DNA of 64,000 nucleotides, from NCBI GenBank assembly GCA_050331235.1, contig JBHJHA010000019.1, positions 1 through 64,000 of the forward strand. Direction: 5' to 3'. This DNA is from Leptolyngbyaceae cyanobacterium (lineage in GTDB: Bacteria; Cyanobacteriota; Cyanobacteriia; Phormidesmidales; Phormidesmidaceae). Both the position numbers and the translations under genes were made by a program. Of the stretch, positions 32,801 to 43,745 are shown piece by piece. Every line of letters starts with the position of its first letter. Position 1 is the stretch's first letter. The notes beneath the pieces are model-generated. The model had not been told where the DNA came from, made no database searches, and saw only the letters and a program-made list of their open reading frames with translations.

Positions 32801-33532
32801 AAAGCCAAGGACCAGTCGCGGGCAGCATACGATGCCTTTCTCCAAGAAACGGTGCACCCCATTCTCGATCATTGGCAAGCGCGCATTCAAGCCGAAAACC
32901 TGCTGCAGCCACAAATCATTTACGGCTATTTTCCTTGCTTAGCTGAGGGCAATTCTCTACACATTTACGACCCCGAGTTGGCCACCCATCCCACCGTTGC
33001 CCAAACGGTCGATGCCCTGCCTGACCCCATTGCCACCTTTACCTTCCCGCGACAAAAATCGCTGCGCCGCCTGTGCATTGCAGACTTCTTTTTGCCTAAG
33101 GAGCAGGCTCAGCCGGGGCAGTTTGATGTTTTCCCCATGCAGGCAGTGACCGTCGGCGAAATCGCCACCGAATTTGCCCAAAAGCTCTTCCAAGCCGATC
33201 AGTACACTGACTACCTCTACTACTACGGCTTGTCTGTGCAAACGGCGGAAGCCATGGCGGAATGGTGCCATGCCCGCATTCGGCGTGAGTTGGGCTACGG
33301 CGATCAGGAACCAGCCACCCTGCGTGAGATTTTGCAGCAGCGCTACCAAGGCTCCCGATACAGCTTTGGTTACCCGGCTTGTCCCCATATCCCTGATCAG
33401 TTTGTGCAGCTTGATCTGCTACAGACCGATCGCATTGGTATGCACATGGACGAGAGCGAGCAACTCTACCCAGAGCAGTCCACCACAGCCATCGTGGCCT
33501 ATCATCCCGCGGCGAAATATTTCAGCGCTTAG
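29870..33532 (+). CDS. metH: Cobalamin-dependent methionine synthase
   Basis: FDGAMGT; GLNC and GGCC Zn ligands; pterin domain [20 protein letters not shown]12 motif; activation domain [10 protein letters not shown]. Confidence 0.97.
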   Translation: MTHAFLKHLHRPDRPVVVFDGAMGTNLQVQNLTADDFGGPEYEGCNEYLVITKPEAVAKVHRSFLAAGADVIETDTFGGTSIVLAEYDLGDRAYELNKTAAELAKQAALEFSTPDKPRFVAGSMGPGTKLPTLGHIDFDTLKAAYVEQAQGLIDGGVDLLLVETCQDVLQIKAALNGILEVFDERQIHLPLMVSVTMEQQGTMLVGTEMAAALAILEPYPIDILGLNCATGPDLMKDHVKHLAEQSPFAISCIPNAGLPENVGGHAVYHLSPMELRMALMHFVEDLGVQVIGGCCGTRPEHIAQLAELSQDLHPKMRSVRGAQTAQGGAVSAPPPDSDPRPALNYVPASASIYSPQPYDQDNSFLIVGERLNASGSKKCRTMLNDEDWDGLVALARSQVKEGAHVLDVNVDYVGRDGERDMHELVSRLVTNVTLPLMLDSTEWQKMEAGLKVAGGKCILNSTNYEDGDERFFKVLELAKKYGAGIVVGTIDEEGMARTADKKFQIAQRAYRDALEFGIPARELFFDTLALPISTGIEEDRVNGKETIDAIRLIRENLPGAHIMLGVSNVSFGLNPAARVTLNSVFLHESMQAGLDGAIVSAAKILPLAKINPDHQKVCRDLIYDRREYDADGIVTYDPLTQLTTLFEGKSLKKKEAIAKDLPIEERLQQHIIDGERIGLEDALADALNRYPPLEVINTFLLDGMKVVGELFGSGQMQLPFVLQSAQTMKAAVAYLEPYMEKSDSDGSGKGTFIIATVKGDVHDIGKNLVDIILSNNGYKVVNLGIKQPVENIIQAYREHNADCIAMSGLLVKSTAFMKDNLETFNTEGITVPVILGGAALTPKFVNDDCQKTYKGRVVYGKDAFADLHFMDKLMPAKAGDNWDDFQGFLNEVDEAEFTPPEEETSPTAAVGPETSETAAIAPTIVDTERSQAVAIAIARPTPPFWGTRILNPEDIPLEAVFSYLDLQALFVGQWQFRKAKDQSRAAYDAFLQETVHPILDHWQARIQAENLLQPQIIYGYFPCLAEGNSLHIYDPELATHPTVAQTVDALPDPIATFTFPRQKSLRRLCIADFFLPKEQAQPGQFDVFPMQAVTVGEIATEFAQKLFQADQYTDYLYYYGLSVQTAEAMAEWCHARIRRELGYGDQEPATLREILQQRYQGSRYSFGYPACPHIPDQFVQLDLLQTDRIGMHMDESEQLYPEQSTTAIVAYHPAAKYFSA

Positions 33533-33610
33533 TGCTCGGCCGCCAGTCTTCTCATTTCCACTGCAGCTAGTTAGCTTAGAATCCAAACAAGCTTAGCGAG
33601 GGAAGGTGAG

Positions 33611-34735
33611 GTGAAACTCTCGGACTGGATTAGCCTGATCTGTTTTGTGATTGCGCTGGTAATTCTCTGGCAGTTTCGGGGTGTGTTGCTGCTGGTATTT
33701 GCTGCCGTCGTGCTGGCGATCGCCATGAATAGCTTAGTGCGACGCTTGGTGCGGCGGTTTGACCTATCTCGCGGGAGGGCTGTCCTTCTGGCGTTGACCT
33801 TGGTATTACTCGCAACTGGGCTCTTCGCGGTTTTGATTTTGCCCCTCTTTGTCAATCAGTTTGAGCAACTGCTGGAGCTGGTGCCCCAGGGGTTTAATCG
33901 CCTGGATGTCTGGGTGACCGGTCTGTTGGCTAGTCCTCCCAGTTGGCTGCCCGAAGCGATCGCCGAGTTTGAGCTGCCTCAGCTCTCAAATCTGATTGAA
34001 CAATTCGTCAGCTTTAGCGGTCAGTTTTTTGGCAACTTTGTCAGCTTCTTTTCCGGCTCGGTGGTGACACTACTTCAGCTCCTGCTGTTGTTTGTCCTCG
34101 CCGTCATGTTTCTCAGTGATCCGGACGCCTACCGCAATCTCCTGCTCCGACTGTTTCCCGCTAGCTACCGACGACGGGCCAACGACATTCTCGACAAGTG
34201 CGAATGGTCCCTCCTGTGCTGGCTGGGGGGCGTTTCTATCAACTCCGCCTTTGTCGCCACCCTCAGCTTTGCTGGACTACTCGTTCTACAAGTGCCCTAC
34301 CCGTTTGCCAATTCCATGTTGGCTGGGTTGTTCAACTTCATCCCGAATATCGGGCCGGTGCTGAGCGCTATCTTTCCGATCATTGTGGCCCTATCGCAAT
34401 CCTTTGGTAGCGCGATCGCCGTTTTGATTCTCTACATCGTGATTCAAAACCTGGAGAGCTACTGGTTTAGCCCCATGATGATGCAAAAGCGAGTTGCTCT
34501 GCTGCCCGCTGCAACGCTGATTGTGCAACTCTTTTTTGCCAACTTTTTAGGACCGGTGGGGTTGATCTTGGCCCTACCACTAGCCGTAGTTTGCAAAATC
34601 TGGATTGAGGAAGCCTGGATTGTTGACATTTTAGAACGGCATCAGCAACCCCACGATCTGCCAATTGCCGCCGTTGACCCACCCTCTGAACTAGAGGCCG
34701 CTGCCGTATCCGACCCCCCTAGTCAAGCGCACTGA
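33611..34735 (+). CDS. AI-2E family transporter
   Basis: Multi-TM; NFIPNIGP, QNLESYWFSP, GLILALPL. Confidence 0.88.
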   Translation: MKLSDWISLICFVIALVILWQFRGVLLLVFAAVVLAIAMNSLVRRLVRRFDLSRGRAVLLALTLVLLATGLFAVLILPLFVNQFEQLLELVPQGFNRLDVWVTGLLASPPSWLPEAIAEFELPQLSNLIEQFVSFSGQFFGNFVSFFSGSVVTLLQLLLLFVLAVMFLSDPDAYRNLLLRLFPASYRRRANDILDKCEWSLLCWLGGVSINSAFVATLSFAGLLVLQVPYPFANSMLAGLFNFIPNIGPVLSAIFPIIVALSQSFGSAIAVLILYIVIQNLESYWFSPMMMQKRVALLPAATLIVQLFFANFLGPVGLILALPLAVVCKIWIEEAWIVDILERHQQPHDLPIAAVDPPSELEAAAVSDPPSQAH

Positions 34736-34834
34736 TGTATGGCGATGAGGGACACAGCTTGGGGCCTTGGGTCTGTAGACGCGGCTAAAGGCGATCGCTA
34801 GGATAGAGGGTGGTTCTTTCACTACTTACTAGCC

Positions 34835-35293
34835 ATGAGCCTCAAAGATCGCATCTCTGAAGACATCAAATCCGCCATGAAAGCGAAGGATAAAGTTCGC
34901 TTAGAGACCGTTCGCAGCATCAAAAAAGTCATCCTTGAGGAAGAAAGCACCGCCCGCGGCAAAGGCCAAGATGCCCTGACCGCCGAGCAAGAGCTGGAAG
35001 TGCTCACCCGATTGGCGAAACAGCGGAAGGACGCCATTACCCAATACAACGACGCCAACCGGGCCGATCTGGCTGACCAAGAAGCCGCAGAACTCGCCAT
35101 CATCGAAGAGTATCTACCGGCACAAATGTCCGACGAAGAGATCGAAGCCGTCATCGACGGTCTGATTGCACAGACGGGGGCAGCCTCCGCTAAGGACATG
35201 GGTAAAGTCATGGGCCCCGCCATGAAAGAGCTCAAAGGCCGGGCCGATGGTGCCAAAGTGCAGGCATTGGTAAAAAGCAAACTCGCTAGCTAA
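34835..35293 (+). CDS. GatB/YqeY domain protein
   Basis: MSLKDRISEDIKSAMKAKD...YLPAQMS...KDMGKVMG...GRADG. Confidence 0.93.
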   Translation: MSLKDRISEDIKSAMKAKDKVRLETVRSIKKVILEEESTARGKGQDALTAEQELEVLTRLAKQRKDAITQYNDANRADLADQEAAELAIIEEYLPAQMSDEEIEAVIDGLIAQTGAASAKDMGKVMGPAMKELKGRADGAKVQALVKSKLAS

Positions 35294-35301
35294 GTACGCA
35301 C

Positions 35302-35333
35302 GACCGGAGACCGCAGTTTTACCGTCTCCGATC
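35302..35333. terminator. Hairpin between convergent yqeY-like and DM13 genes
   Basis: CGGAGAC...GTCTCCG inverted repeat; no clear U tract. Confidence 0.4.
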
Positions 35334-35357
35334 AAGCCGATTAGCCATTGGGATTGC

Positions 35358-35825
35358 TTAAAGCGGTGCATAACCAAAGGTCACATCAAATTCGCGGCAC
35401 CAGATCGCCACCGCTTGATAGTCATCGAGATCGATATCAGAGCCGATGAGGTAGCGCTGTCCACCCTCAAAGCTTTGTAGATCGCCCACGACGACGTAGT
35501 CAGAGCCCTCGATATTGACCGGCACACTGGCGTCATCGCCATAGAGCACAACTTGCACATCAGGCCCCATGGCGGTGCTAAATTCGCCACTAAAGACGAT
35601 ATAGGTCTGACCATTTTCGGTCACGACGCTGGCATTACCCGTGGTGGCTTTTTCTTGCTGGACGGTGACAAATTGCCCGGTAGCCGAGGCGATCGTCACC
35701 GCCTCTGTAGTCACGCTGCTTTGTGCTAGCGCAGCAAACTCAACGGGCCTAAAGGCATTGGCCCCACTAGCGATGGTGAGACCCAGAGTGGTTGCAGATA
35801 GTGCGGCAATCAGTAAACGACGCAT
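35358..35825 (-). CDS. Exported DM13 domain protein
   Basis: Signal peptide; GPDVQVVL, GGQRY, VAIWCREFDVTFGYA. Confidence 0.88.
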   Translation of the reverse strand: MRRLLIAALSATTLGLTIASGANAFRPVEFAALAQSSVTTEAVTIASATGQFVTVQQEKATTGNASVVTENGQTYIVFSGEFSTAMGPDVQVVLYGDDASVPVNIEGSDYVVVGDLQSFEGGQRYLIGSDIDLDDYQAVAIWCREFDVTFGYAPL

Positions 35826-36115
35826 GGAATTAATCTCCTAGGGTGAACTGGACTGTTTCCTTAGTTGTTATCTTCAGTCTTGAGTTTGAAAAGCCTTTGA
35901 CATCCCGGTGAGAACTTCCTGAGCACAGGCCGCTTGGCATAAGAAGGACCTGAGACGCGATCGCATTATTACCAGCAACACTACTGAAGATCACCCTGGC
36001 GACGGGATAGAACCGCTGGCCTGATTCGCCGTTCTGCCCTTAGAGCAGTCATGGTTTGGGTGCGATCACCCTACAAGCCCTAAAATCAAAGGCGTATGGC
36101 TTAGCGGCGACGACC

Positions 36116-36625
36116 ATGAGCATTTCCCACGCTTCCCTACGTCCAACAACGGCTGAGGATCTTGAGTTTGTCCTCCAGGCCGAATCAGCGGCCCACGCGG
36201 CTGGATTTGTTCGGTTGTGGACGCGCGATCGCCACCAGCAGGCTTTTCACGAGCCCGACGAGCGTCACTGGATCGCCGTCGATGACCATCATCAAATTCG
36301 GGTCGGTTACTTGATCTTGATGGGGGTCGAAGATCCAGACCGCTCCTTACTGATTAAGCGCATCGTGGTTACCCAAACCGGGCGGGGCTATGGTCGCTGC
36401 GTCTTAGAGGCCGCCCTCAAAATCGCCTTTCTGGAATTGGGGGCCCACCGAGTTTGGCTCGATGTGATGGAAGATAACGAACGAGCGCGATCGCTCTATC
36501 GCCAGCTTGGCTTTGTTGAAGAGGGCTGTTTGCGCGAGAGTGTCAAGCGGGGCGATCAGTTCATTTCTATGTGGCTGATGTCCATGCTCAGAGCAGAGTT
36601 CGATGTCCGCTTTGCCCCAGCCTGA
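36116..36625 (+). CDS. GNAT (RimJ/RimL-like) acetyltransferase
   Basis: GRGYGR acetyl-CoA motif; RVWLDVMEDNERARSLYRQLGFVEEG. Confidence 0.88.
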   Translation: MSISHASLRPTTAEDLEFVLQAESAAHAAGFVRLWTRDRHQQAFHEPDERHWIAVDDHHQIRVGYLILMGVEDPDRSLLIKRIVVTQTGRGYGRCVLEAALKIAFLELGAHRVWLDVMEDNERARSLYRQLGFVEEGCLRESVKRGDQFISMWLMSMLRAEFDVRFAPA

Positions 36626-36738
36626 CCATTGCCACCCACCTGACAAGCTAGGAGGCGCGTCGCCGACTTTGCGAAACGGCCATTTCTTGAGAAAGTGATA
36701 AATGCATTTCATTGAGTTTGGTAGGCAAGCAGTCGGTC

Positions 36739-37623
36739 ATGGTAAAAACAGCCTGGGTATTTCCCGGACAGGGGTCACAGTCAATTGGCATGGGCGCAGA
36801 CCTGATGGAGCACCCTGTGGGACAAGCGCGTTTAGCGATCGCTGACGATATTTTAGGCTGGTCTGTGAAAGGTGTTTGCCAAAGCGAAGCCGACAAAGTC
36901 TCCAACACGCAATACACGCAACCGTGCCTTTATGTTTTAGAGAGCATTTTGGTTGATTTACTTCGGGAGCAGGGACACCAACCCGATTTAGTCGCGGGGC
37001 ATAGCCTCGGCGAGTACGGTGCGCTCTATGCCGCAGAGGTTTTTAGCTTTGGGTCCGGTTTACGGCTGGTCAAGCGACGAGGTGAACTGATGTCTCAAAC
37101 CTCTGAAGGCATCATGGCTGCGCTGATGGGCTTTGATCGCGGGGAGCTAGAGACCACCATTGCCGAGCATGACGGCGTCGTCTTGGCCAACGACAACAAT
37201 CCCGGTCAGGTGGTGATTTCGGGCACTCCAGAGGCAGTCGATGCCGTATTGTCAACGGTCAAAAGCAAACGCGCAGTGAAACTCAACGTGAGCGGCGCTT
37301 TTCACTCGCCTTTGATGGCTCCAGCGGCCCGCGAATTTCAAGAGGTCTTAGAGGCAATTGAATTTCAGTCTGCCCAGGTGCCGGTGTTGTCCAATGTATC
37401 GCCTACACCCACTACAGATGCCGCTACCCTTAAACAGCAGCTCGCCCAGCAAATGACCAGTTCCGTGCGCTGGCGCGAAATCTCCCTCTCCTTACCAGAG
37501 CACAGCGTTGAGCAGGTTTGGGAAGTGGGTCCTGGCAATGTGTTGACGGGGCTCATTAAGCGCACCGTTAAGACGCTCACCCTCAAAAATGTGGGCACTG
37601 TTGACCAGTTGAATAGTCTATAG
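36739..37623 (+). CDS. fabD: Malonyl-CoA:ACP transacylase
   Basis: VFPGQGSQ, GHSLGEY, VSGAFHS, EVGPG. Confidence 0.96.
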   Translation: MVKTAWVFPGQGSQSIGMGADLMEHPVGQARLAIADDILGWSVKGVCQSEADKVSNTQYTQPCLYVLESILVDLLREQGHQPDLVAGHSLGEYGALYAAEVFSFGSGLRLVKRRGELMSQTSEGIMAALMGFDRGELETTIAEHDGVVLANDNNPGQVVISGTPEAVDAVLSTVKSKRAVKLNVSGAFHSPLMAPAAREFQEVLEAIEFQSAQVPVLSNVSPTPTTDAATLKQQLAQQMTSSVRWREISLSLPEHSVEQVWEVGPGNVLTGLIKRTVKTLTLKNVGTVDQLNSL

Positions 37624-37638
37624 CCAGAGGCTTTGGAT

Positions 37639-38280
37639 ATGGATGCCCGCGATCGCGAACCAACGGCCAGTTTGTTGCTGTACTACTTGTTTAAGTGGTC
37701 AGTGGTCAATCCCACCTTTCGACTTTACTTTCGCGGGCAAGTGCACAACAGCAAGCAGGTGCCCAAAACCGGTCCCCTCATTGTCGTGGCCAACCATGCC
37801 AGTGACTTTGACCCGCCCATCCTATCCAGCTGCGTTCGCCGCCCAGTCTCCTTCATGGCCAAGGAAGAGCTCTTTGAGGTGCCGGTCTTAGCGCCGGCCA
37901 TCCGTTTGTATGGGGCCTATCCGGTCAAGCGCGGTAGCGCTGATCGCAGTGCCATTCGCGAGGCACTCAAGCAGCTAGAGCAGGGGTGGGCCGTAGGCAT
38001 TTTTCTCCAGGGCACCCGCACCGCTGACGGCAGTATTCCCGCACCCAAGTTGGGGGCAGCGCTAATTGCGGCCAAAGCCCAAGTCCCCTTACTACCAGTG
38101 AGTTTGTGGGGCACCCACCGCATTTTGCCGAAAGAGGCCAAACTACCGCGTCCCACGCCGTTGACGGTGCGCATCGGCGAGCCCATTGATCCTCCAGCAA
38201 AAACCGATAAGGCACTGCTCCAGCAAACCACTGAGGAGTGTGCCGCCGCCATCCATCAACTCCACGACCTTGGACGCTGA
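37639..38280 (+). CDS. plsC: 1-acyl-sn-glycerol-3-phosphate acyltransferase
   Basis: NHASDFD (HX4D), FMAKEELF, FLQGTR; follows fabD. Confidence 0.9.
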   Translation: MDARDREPTASLLLYYLFKWSVVNPTFRLYFRGQVHNSKQVPKTGPLIVVANHASDFDPPILSSCVRRPVSFMAKEELFEVPVLAPAIRLYGAYPVKRGSADRSAIREALKQLEQGWAVGIFLQGTRTADGSIPAPKLGAALIAAKAQVPLLPVSLWGTHRILPKEAKLPRPTPLTVRIGEPIDPPAKTDKALLQQTTEECAAAIHQLHDLGR

Positions 38281-38378
38281 CCCCGCGATCGCGGGGTCGC
38301 CGTTGCCTGGCAGCCTGTCCATCGTCCCAAAAATCAAATGCCACGCGGTACAATGGCTTCCTAGTCACTGATGAGTCG

Positions 38379-38678
38379 ATGACGCAACAACTCAAGCAAG
38401 AACTAGAAGCCATGATTGGGCCAGCAAGCTGGTACAACCTTTTGCCCCATGCCGCCCGTGACAGCATTGTCATTGTCGATCCGGGTCTGGAATTAGCCGA
38501 CGTTGGGGTCGCGGTGGCGACCGATAACGTGAGCTACGTACAGCGCTGGATCAGCGAAGCCTTAATTACGAAGCCTACGGTTGAGCAGATGGTAACTTGG
38601 GATCGCGATCGCAGTCGGCAATTTCAAACACTGATCGTGCAGCCCTACGTCCTTATCCAGAGCACCGACGACAACTAG
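38379..38678 (+). CDS. DUF2288 family protein
   Basis: W..LLPHAARD..VD..L.L..VG.A.A.DN..VQRWI..LIVQPYVLIQ; ATG at 38379. Confidence 0.82.
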   Translation: MTQQLKQELEAMIGPASWYNLLPHAARDSIVIVDPGLELADVGVAVATDNVSYVQRWISEALITKPTVEQMVTWDRDRSRQFQTLIVQPYVLIQSTDDN

Positions 38679-38776
38679 CCTTCTGTAAATGCTCTTGAAG
38701 CTCACCATGCTGGCCGTGGCAATCAGGTCACCAGCCGATATTGTAAATATGACATTGTTATGAGCGCACCATACTC

Positions 38777-39763
38777 ATGGGTCGAAGCGTTTCTCCCAAC
38801 CCACCGCCGGTCAAGCAGCTCAGCCTGTTTCGCACGCCATTGCCCTGGCTCAATGCCTTTTGGAAATTTTCTCGACCGCATACGGTCATTGGTACTAGCC
38901 TCAGTGTAATTGGCGTTTTTGTTGTGAGCTGGACTGTCATTCAAGATAGCAGTGTAGCCCCAGTTCTCAATCCATTCTCCCTATTTTTGCCGCTGATGGC
39001 GTGTCTCGCCGGCAATATTTATATCGTCGGGCTCAATCAAATCGAAGACGTTGAGATTGATCGCATCAACAAGCCTCACCTGCCGATTGCCTCCGGGGAA
39101 TTTTCCCGCGCCGATGGTTGGAGCATTGTGGTTTTTGCCGGCAGCCTCAGCATCTTGTTGGCGGCATTTGGCGACTGGTATCTGTTAGCCACCATTTTGA
39201 GTAGCTTGTTCATTGGTACTGCTTACTCAGTTCCCCCCATCCGCCTCAAACGCTTTCCGTTTTGGGCGTCGGCCTGCATCTTGACCGTCCGCGGAGCCGT
39301 CGTCAATTTGGGCCTCTTTCTGCACTACATCTATCAGTTTGGCCTGGCACCTCAAATTCCCAACCGCATGTGGGCGCTGACGCTCTTTGTGATCGTTTTC
39401 AGCATTGTGATCGCCATTTTTAAGGATATTCCTGACATTGAGGGCGATCGCCGGTTCGATATCACGACCTTTACCGTTCGCGTCGGTCAGGCACGAGTTT
39501 ACCAAGTTGCCCGCCTTATCCTCAGTGTTTGTTATCTGGGTATGATGGCTGCCACGCCCTGGCTCGGGGGCGTCAACTGGATCTTCATTTTGTTAACCCA
39601 TACCGGGCTCTTGGGCCTCTTTTGGTGGCGCAGCTACCGTGTGGCTATGCCCGAACAAGTCACAGCCGATTTGCCCCTCACATTTGCTGATTTTTACCAG
39701 TTTATTTGGCAGCTCTTTTTTCTAGAATATTTGCTCTATCCCATCGCCTGCTTACTGGGCTGA
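38777..39763 (+). CDS. hpt: Homogentisate phytyltransferase (tocopherol pathway, UbiA family)
   Basis: FWKFSRPHTVIGT, GLNQIEDVEIDRINKPHLP, KDIPDIEGD, FIWQLFFLEY. Confidence 0.9.
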   Translation: MGRSVSPNPPPVKQLSLFRTPLPWLNAFWKFSRPHTVIGTSLSVIGVFVVSWTVIQDSSVAPVLNPFSLFLPLMACLAGNIYIVGLNQIEDVEIDRINKPHLPIASGEFSRADGWSIVVFAGSLSILLAAFGDWYLLATILSSLFIGTAYSVPPIRLKRFPFWASACILTVRGAVVNLGLFLHYIYQFGLAPQIPNRMWALTLFVIVFSIVIAIFKDIPDIEGDRRFDITTFTVRVGQARVYQVARLILSVCYLGMMAATPWLGGVNWIFILLTHTGLLGLFWWRSYRVAMPEQVTADLPLTFADFYQFIWQLFFLEYLLYPIACLLG

Positions 39764-39817
39764 GTCGTTGAGCCGTAGTAGAGAGCTGGCAATTACCATC
39801 ACCAGGCCAAGCTGACC

Positions 39818-40228
39818 ATGCCACCCTCTTCCACAAAACAGCTCGGTGACGACGGCGAAGGATTAGTCGCTCAGTGGCTACAGCAGCAAGGGTGGCAGAT
39901 TTTAGCTCAACAATGGCACTGCCGATGGGGTGAGTTAGACCTGATCGCTCGTCATCCTGACCCAGCAGTGGGGGTCGCCTTTGTCGAGGTCAAGACTCGC
40001 CATCGTAGCGGCATCGATCAAGGGGGGCGATTAGCCATCACCCTCCAAAAGCAGCAAAAGCTCTGGCACAGTGCTCAGTTGTTTTTGGCTGAGCATCCAG
40101 AATATTGTGACCTGCCCTGTCGGTTTGATGTCGCGTTAGTGCAGAAAAGCCGTCCTCGTCATCCGACTGATTCCCCCCACCTCAAACTCGATGCCTACAT
40201 TGAGAACGCCTTTCAGGGAGTCGGCTAG
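39818..40228 (+). CDS. yraN: YraN family (UPF0102) putative nuclease
   Basis: GELDLIA, FVEVKTR, CRFDVA. Confidence 0.88.
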   Translation: MPPSSTKQLGDDGEGLVAQWLQQQGWQILAQQWHCRWGELDLIARHPDPAVGVAFVEVKTRHRSGIDQGGRLAITLQKQQKLWHSAQLFLAEHPEYCDLPCRFDVALVQKSRPRHPTDSPHLKLDAYIENAFQGVG

Positions 40229-40240
40229 CCTAAATATCAG

Positions 40241-40266
40241 TGGGGGCGATCGCAACCGCCCCCCAG
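40241..40266. terminator. GC-rich hairpin between convergent yraN and DUF928 genes
   Basis: GGGGGCGAT-CGCA-ACCGCCCCC; no downstream U tract on either strand. Confidence 0.4.
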
Positions 40267-40366
40267 AAAAATAGGCCATTCATTCGTCAAACGACTGGCT
40301 AAGGGTAAGAGGAAGCCAAACCTCTAGGACTTTAACCCTTCGCCCCTCATCGGTGAGTGAGTCCCC

Positions 40367-41086
40367 TTAGGGAATCCACCACGGCTGGTCGGCCAGTGCC
40401 TCTAGCCCTACAGATGAAAGTAGCTCAGTCCACTCGTCTTGTAGCGTTTCGGTATCGGGGTCAGTCATGCGGACAGCCGCCAGGGCATCAACGGCATCGA
40501 ACCAATATCCGTTGCGGGCGTACAGGGCAGCGGCTTCTAAATCTGAAGCTGAGGCCAGTTCATCTGTCAATCCAGATTCTGGCAAACGACGCTCAATCCA
40601 GCCAGCAATTTGCAGATCCCCGTTTTCGCTCTGGGGGTTGCAAAAGGCCGATACTTGCCAGCGATAGCGCTCACCGGCGACCAAAGGCAGCAAGGATACC
40701 GTCTCCGGCAATTGCAGACTGACAATACCGGCTTCGCCCGTGACCGTAACTTTTGCCTCGTACAGCGTAGCGATCGCCGCGTCCGTGTCGTCAACTTGCG
40801 TCAAAGTAAAGCGGACAAACTGCGCCTGGCTCAGCGGCATATACCAATAGAACCGAGGATACGCCGCCGTCGTTAGCCCAACGTTGCTCTCGGGCATCAG
40901 GGCGATGAGGTTAGCCGGATTTCCAAACCCGCAGCCTCGCGTACCGGCGCTTTCACGACGTCCAGGGGCCCCAAGTCCCGCTGGCGGCACGTAGGGAGCA
41001 GCCAGCGCCATAGCTCCGTGTCCGATGATCGTGAGCCCCAACAGCATGGGCAAAATCTGCGTAAAGGGCGATCGACCAGTTTTCAT
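40367..41086 (-). CDS. DUF928 domain exported protein
   Basis: Signal peptide; PPAGLGAPGRRESAGTRGC, GLTTAAYPRFYWYMP, YARNGYWFDA, WTELLSSVGL. Confidence 0.88.
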   Translation of the reverse strand: MKTGRSPFTQILPMLLGLTIIGHGAMALAAPYVPPAGLGAPGRRESAGTRGCGFGNPANLIALMPESNVGLTTAAYPRFYWYMPLSQAQFVRFTLTQVDDTDAAIATLYEAKVTVTGEAGIVSLQLPETVSLLPLVAGERYRWQVSAFCNPQSENGDLQIAGWIERRLPESGLTDELASASDLEAAALYARNGYWFDAVDALAAVRMTDPDTETLQDEWTELLSSVGLEALADQPWWIP

Positions 41087-41876
41087 AGCAGTCTCCATAG
41101 ACTTCAGCGATGAGATAGATACCGACTTGCGTCCACCTTCCCCTCTCCATGACTCTACCCTAAACGGCAAAGTGCCCTAAACGCCAAACGAATGTTGCCG
41201 AGCAGACCCTTAGCAGGCCCAACCTTTTCCCCGGTGATAGCACCAGAGGACTAATCGCGCCTTGGTGCTGGTGTAGGCGGCTAGCCACTCAGCAAGCGTC
41301 AACTGACCAAAATGGACAGAATTCATCCCCTCCCCGAGGAAACTCATGGTGATCCGCGTAAAACTCAGACTCTCCAAATGCGTATATGTACTGAGCAACT
41401 CAGCCCCCATCTCCGCAATATCTCGCTAGAAGGTATTCCTTAAGAAGCCCGTAATACCTCCGTGGCAAGAAGATAACCGACATTTCTAGAATGTTAGTGT
41501 AGTTAAATTCACTACGACGACGGCATGTATATCACTTGATTAGGGGTCAAAGACATCGGTTCAAGTTGAGTGCGAGCCTGTGGACACTCTGCATTCACAA
41601 ATCGCTTTGAGCCCATCAAAGGTAACCGTTGAGTTTGTACCAGAGTTGAGCCTATCGGCTTAGTTCGGGTATCGACTGAGCACTCTCGGTTTGTGCAGAC
41701 ACTTGGCCAGCCAATGGGAACAGAAGACCCACCATCTACATTGATTTTGCGGCAGTTTCTCTGTTGATAGCAGCAGTTTAGCCAAGCTACCTGTGAGACT
41801 GCGTCATCGCTGCCTCTGTCCCCATACCTGGACCTGTCCAACAAGCGCCCTTTATTAAAAGCGCCGGATTAATCCT

Positions 41877-43745
41877 ATGACTCTAGCCAATCATCAGCTA
41901 TTCACCCCCCAAACTAGCGACATCCTAGTCGTTGACGATCTTGAGCACAACGTCAGATTCCTGAAGCAGCTACTGGAATTCAAAGACTACCGGGTTCGTC
42001 AAGCGTTGAGTGGTGAGATGGCCCTACAGGCAGTCAGTGCTTCCCCTCCGGATCTAATTTTGTTAGACATTTGTATGCCCGATATGAATGGCTACGAAGT
42101 CTGTCAAAAGCTCAAGGCCAATCCTGCTACCGCCGACATTCCCGTAATTTTTTTGAGTGCCTTGACCCAGTCAGCGGATAAAGTCAAAGCCTTTGAGGTA
42201 GGTGGGGCTGATTATGTCGCTAAGCCCTTTCAAGTGGATGAAGTTCTAGCACGCATCCAAAATCAACTCTTGACGAAATCAGCTTTACTGACCCTCAAGA
42301 ACTGGAACATGCAGCTTGAGGCAAAAGTCCGGGAGCGCACACAACAGTTGGAAAAGGCCAACCAAGAACTCTTGGCTATTGCTTATCACGACAGTCTGAC
42401 GAGGCTCCCTAACCGCGCCCTCCTGATGGAATGTTTGACGAGTTCGATCGTGTCTCTGCGCTTCAACTCCAATTATCAGTTCGCACTGATGTTTTTGGAT
42501 TGCGATCGCTTCAAGCTAATCAATGATTCTTTTGGTCACACCGCCGGCGATCAGCTACTGGTAGAAATTGCTCAGCGGTTGCAAAGTTGCGTCCGCACGG
42601 GAGATACCCTGGCGCGATTTGGCGGCGATGAATTTGTTGTCTTGATCAATCATGTCGAAAGTCAGCCACATGCTGAAGCGATCGCCCAAAATTTCCTAGA
42701 GGCGCTGAAACCTGGCTTCCTAATCAACGGCAAAGAAGTCTACATTGACGCCAGTATTGGTGTGGTCTTAAGCAATGTCGCTACGTACGATCACCCAGAG
42801 GCCATGCTACGGGATGCGGATATTGCGATGTACACGGCCAAAAACCACCATCGGTCGCGCGTCAGCTTTTTTGTGCCTCAGATGCACCAGGCCCGAGCGC
42901 AGATCCTGCAGGTCGAAACTGAGCTGAGACAGGCCATCACCCGCCACGAGCTGATGCCTTACTACCAGCCTATTGTGAACCTCAATCAGCAGAACGTCAT
43001 CGGAGTCGAGGTATTGTGTCGCTGGGCTCATCCCGAAAAAGGACTTCTCACGCCCAATGTATTTATTCCGGTAGCGGAAGAAACTTATCTCATTGTGGAA
43101 CTGAGCAACTGGCTGTTAGAGGAAACCTGTGCCCAGCTTCATCAGTGGCAGGTACAGCGGCTAGTTGACGATGACTTTTACATCAGTTTTAATCTCTCAG
43201 CTCGTCATCTTTCCCAAGTCAGCTTGCCACAGCAAATTGCCGCATGCTTAGCAAAATATGATTTGAAACCGTATCACCTACATTTGGAAATTACTGAAAG
43301 CGATGTCCTCGATAATGCGATCGCCCTTGATGTGATGAGAACACTTCAAGCGAACGGCATTCATCTCAGCGTCGATGATTTTGGGACTGGCTACTCGTCT
43401 TTGAGTTATCTATACGAGCTTCCTGTCAGCACCGTCAAAATTGACCGCGTGTTTATTACCGACATCACCCAAAATGCTAAAAATGCCAGCATTGTGTCGG
43501 CCATCATCAACATCGCCAAATCGCTAAATCTCAAAGTCATCGCAGAGGGCATCGAAGACGTACATCACATTGACCATCTGCGAAAAATTGACTGTCAGCT
43601 GGGTCAAGGCTATCTCTTTTCACAACCGTTACCCGCGATTGATATCCAGTCATTGCTAGCCGAAAATTATGCTAGCCCCAGCCTTGCATCCAGTACAGCA
43701 ACGCCTAATCATTTCAGTTCTTGCGTCGTCGGCAATATCCCCTGA
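41877..43745 (+). CDS. REC-GGDEF-EAL diguanylate cyclase/phosphodiesterase
   Basis: REC VVDD/LLDICMP; RTGD I-site then RFGGDEF; EVL and DDFGTGYSSL. Confidence 0.95.
   Translation: MTLANHQLFTPQTSDILVVDDLEHNVRFLKQLLEFKDYRVRQALSGEMALQAVSASPPDLILLDICMPDMNGYEVCQKLKANPATADIPVIFLSALTQSADKVKAFEVGGADYVAKPFQVDEVLARIQNQLLTKSALLTLKNWNMQLEAKVRERTQQLEKANQELLAIAYHDSLTRLPNRALLMECLTSSIVSLRFNSNYQFALMFLDCDRFKLINDSFGHTAGDQLLVEIAQRLQSCVRTGDTLARFGGDEFVVLINHVESQPHAEAIAQNFLEALKPGFLINGKEVYIDASIGVVLSNVATYDHPEAMLRDADIAMYTAKNHHRSRVSFFVPQMHQARAQILQVETELRQAITRHELMPYYQPIVNLNQQNVIGVEVLCRWAHPEKGLLTPNVFIPVAEETYLIVELSNWLLEETCAQLHQWQVQRLVDDDFYISFNLSARHLSQVSLPQQIAACLAKYDLKPYHLHLEITESDVLDNAIALDVMRTLQANGIHLSVDDFGTGYSSLSYLYELPVSTVKIDRVFITDITQNAKNASIVSAIINIAKSLNLKVIAEGIEDVHHIDHLRKIDCQLGQGYLFSQPLPAIDIQSLLAENYASPSLASSTATPNHFSSCVVGNIP

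Noticed and set aside
41150..41260. Possible c-di-GMP-I riboswitch (GGCAAA seen)
   Set aside because: The GAAA tetraloop/receptor and GACGCAAA elements are not present
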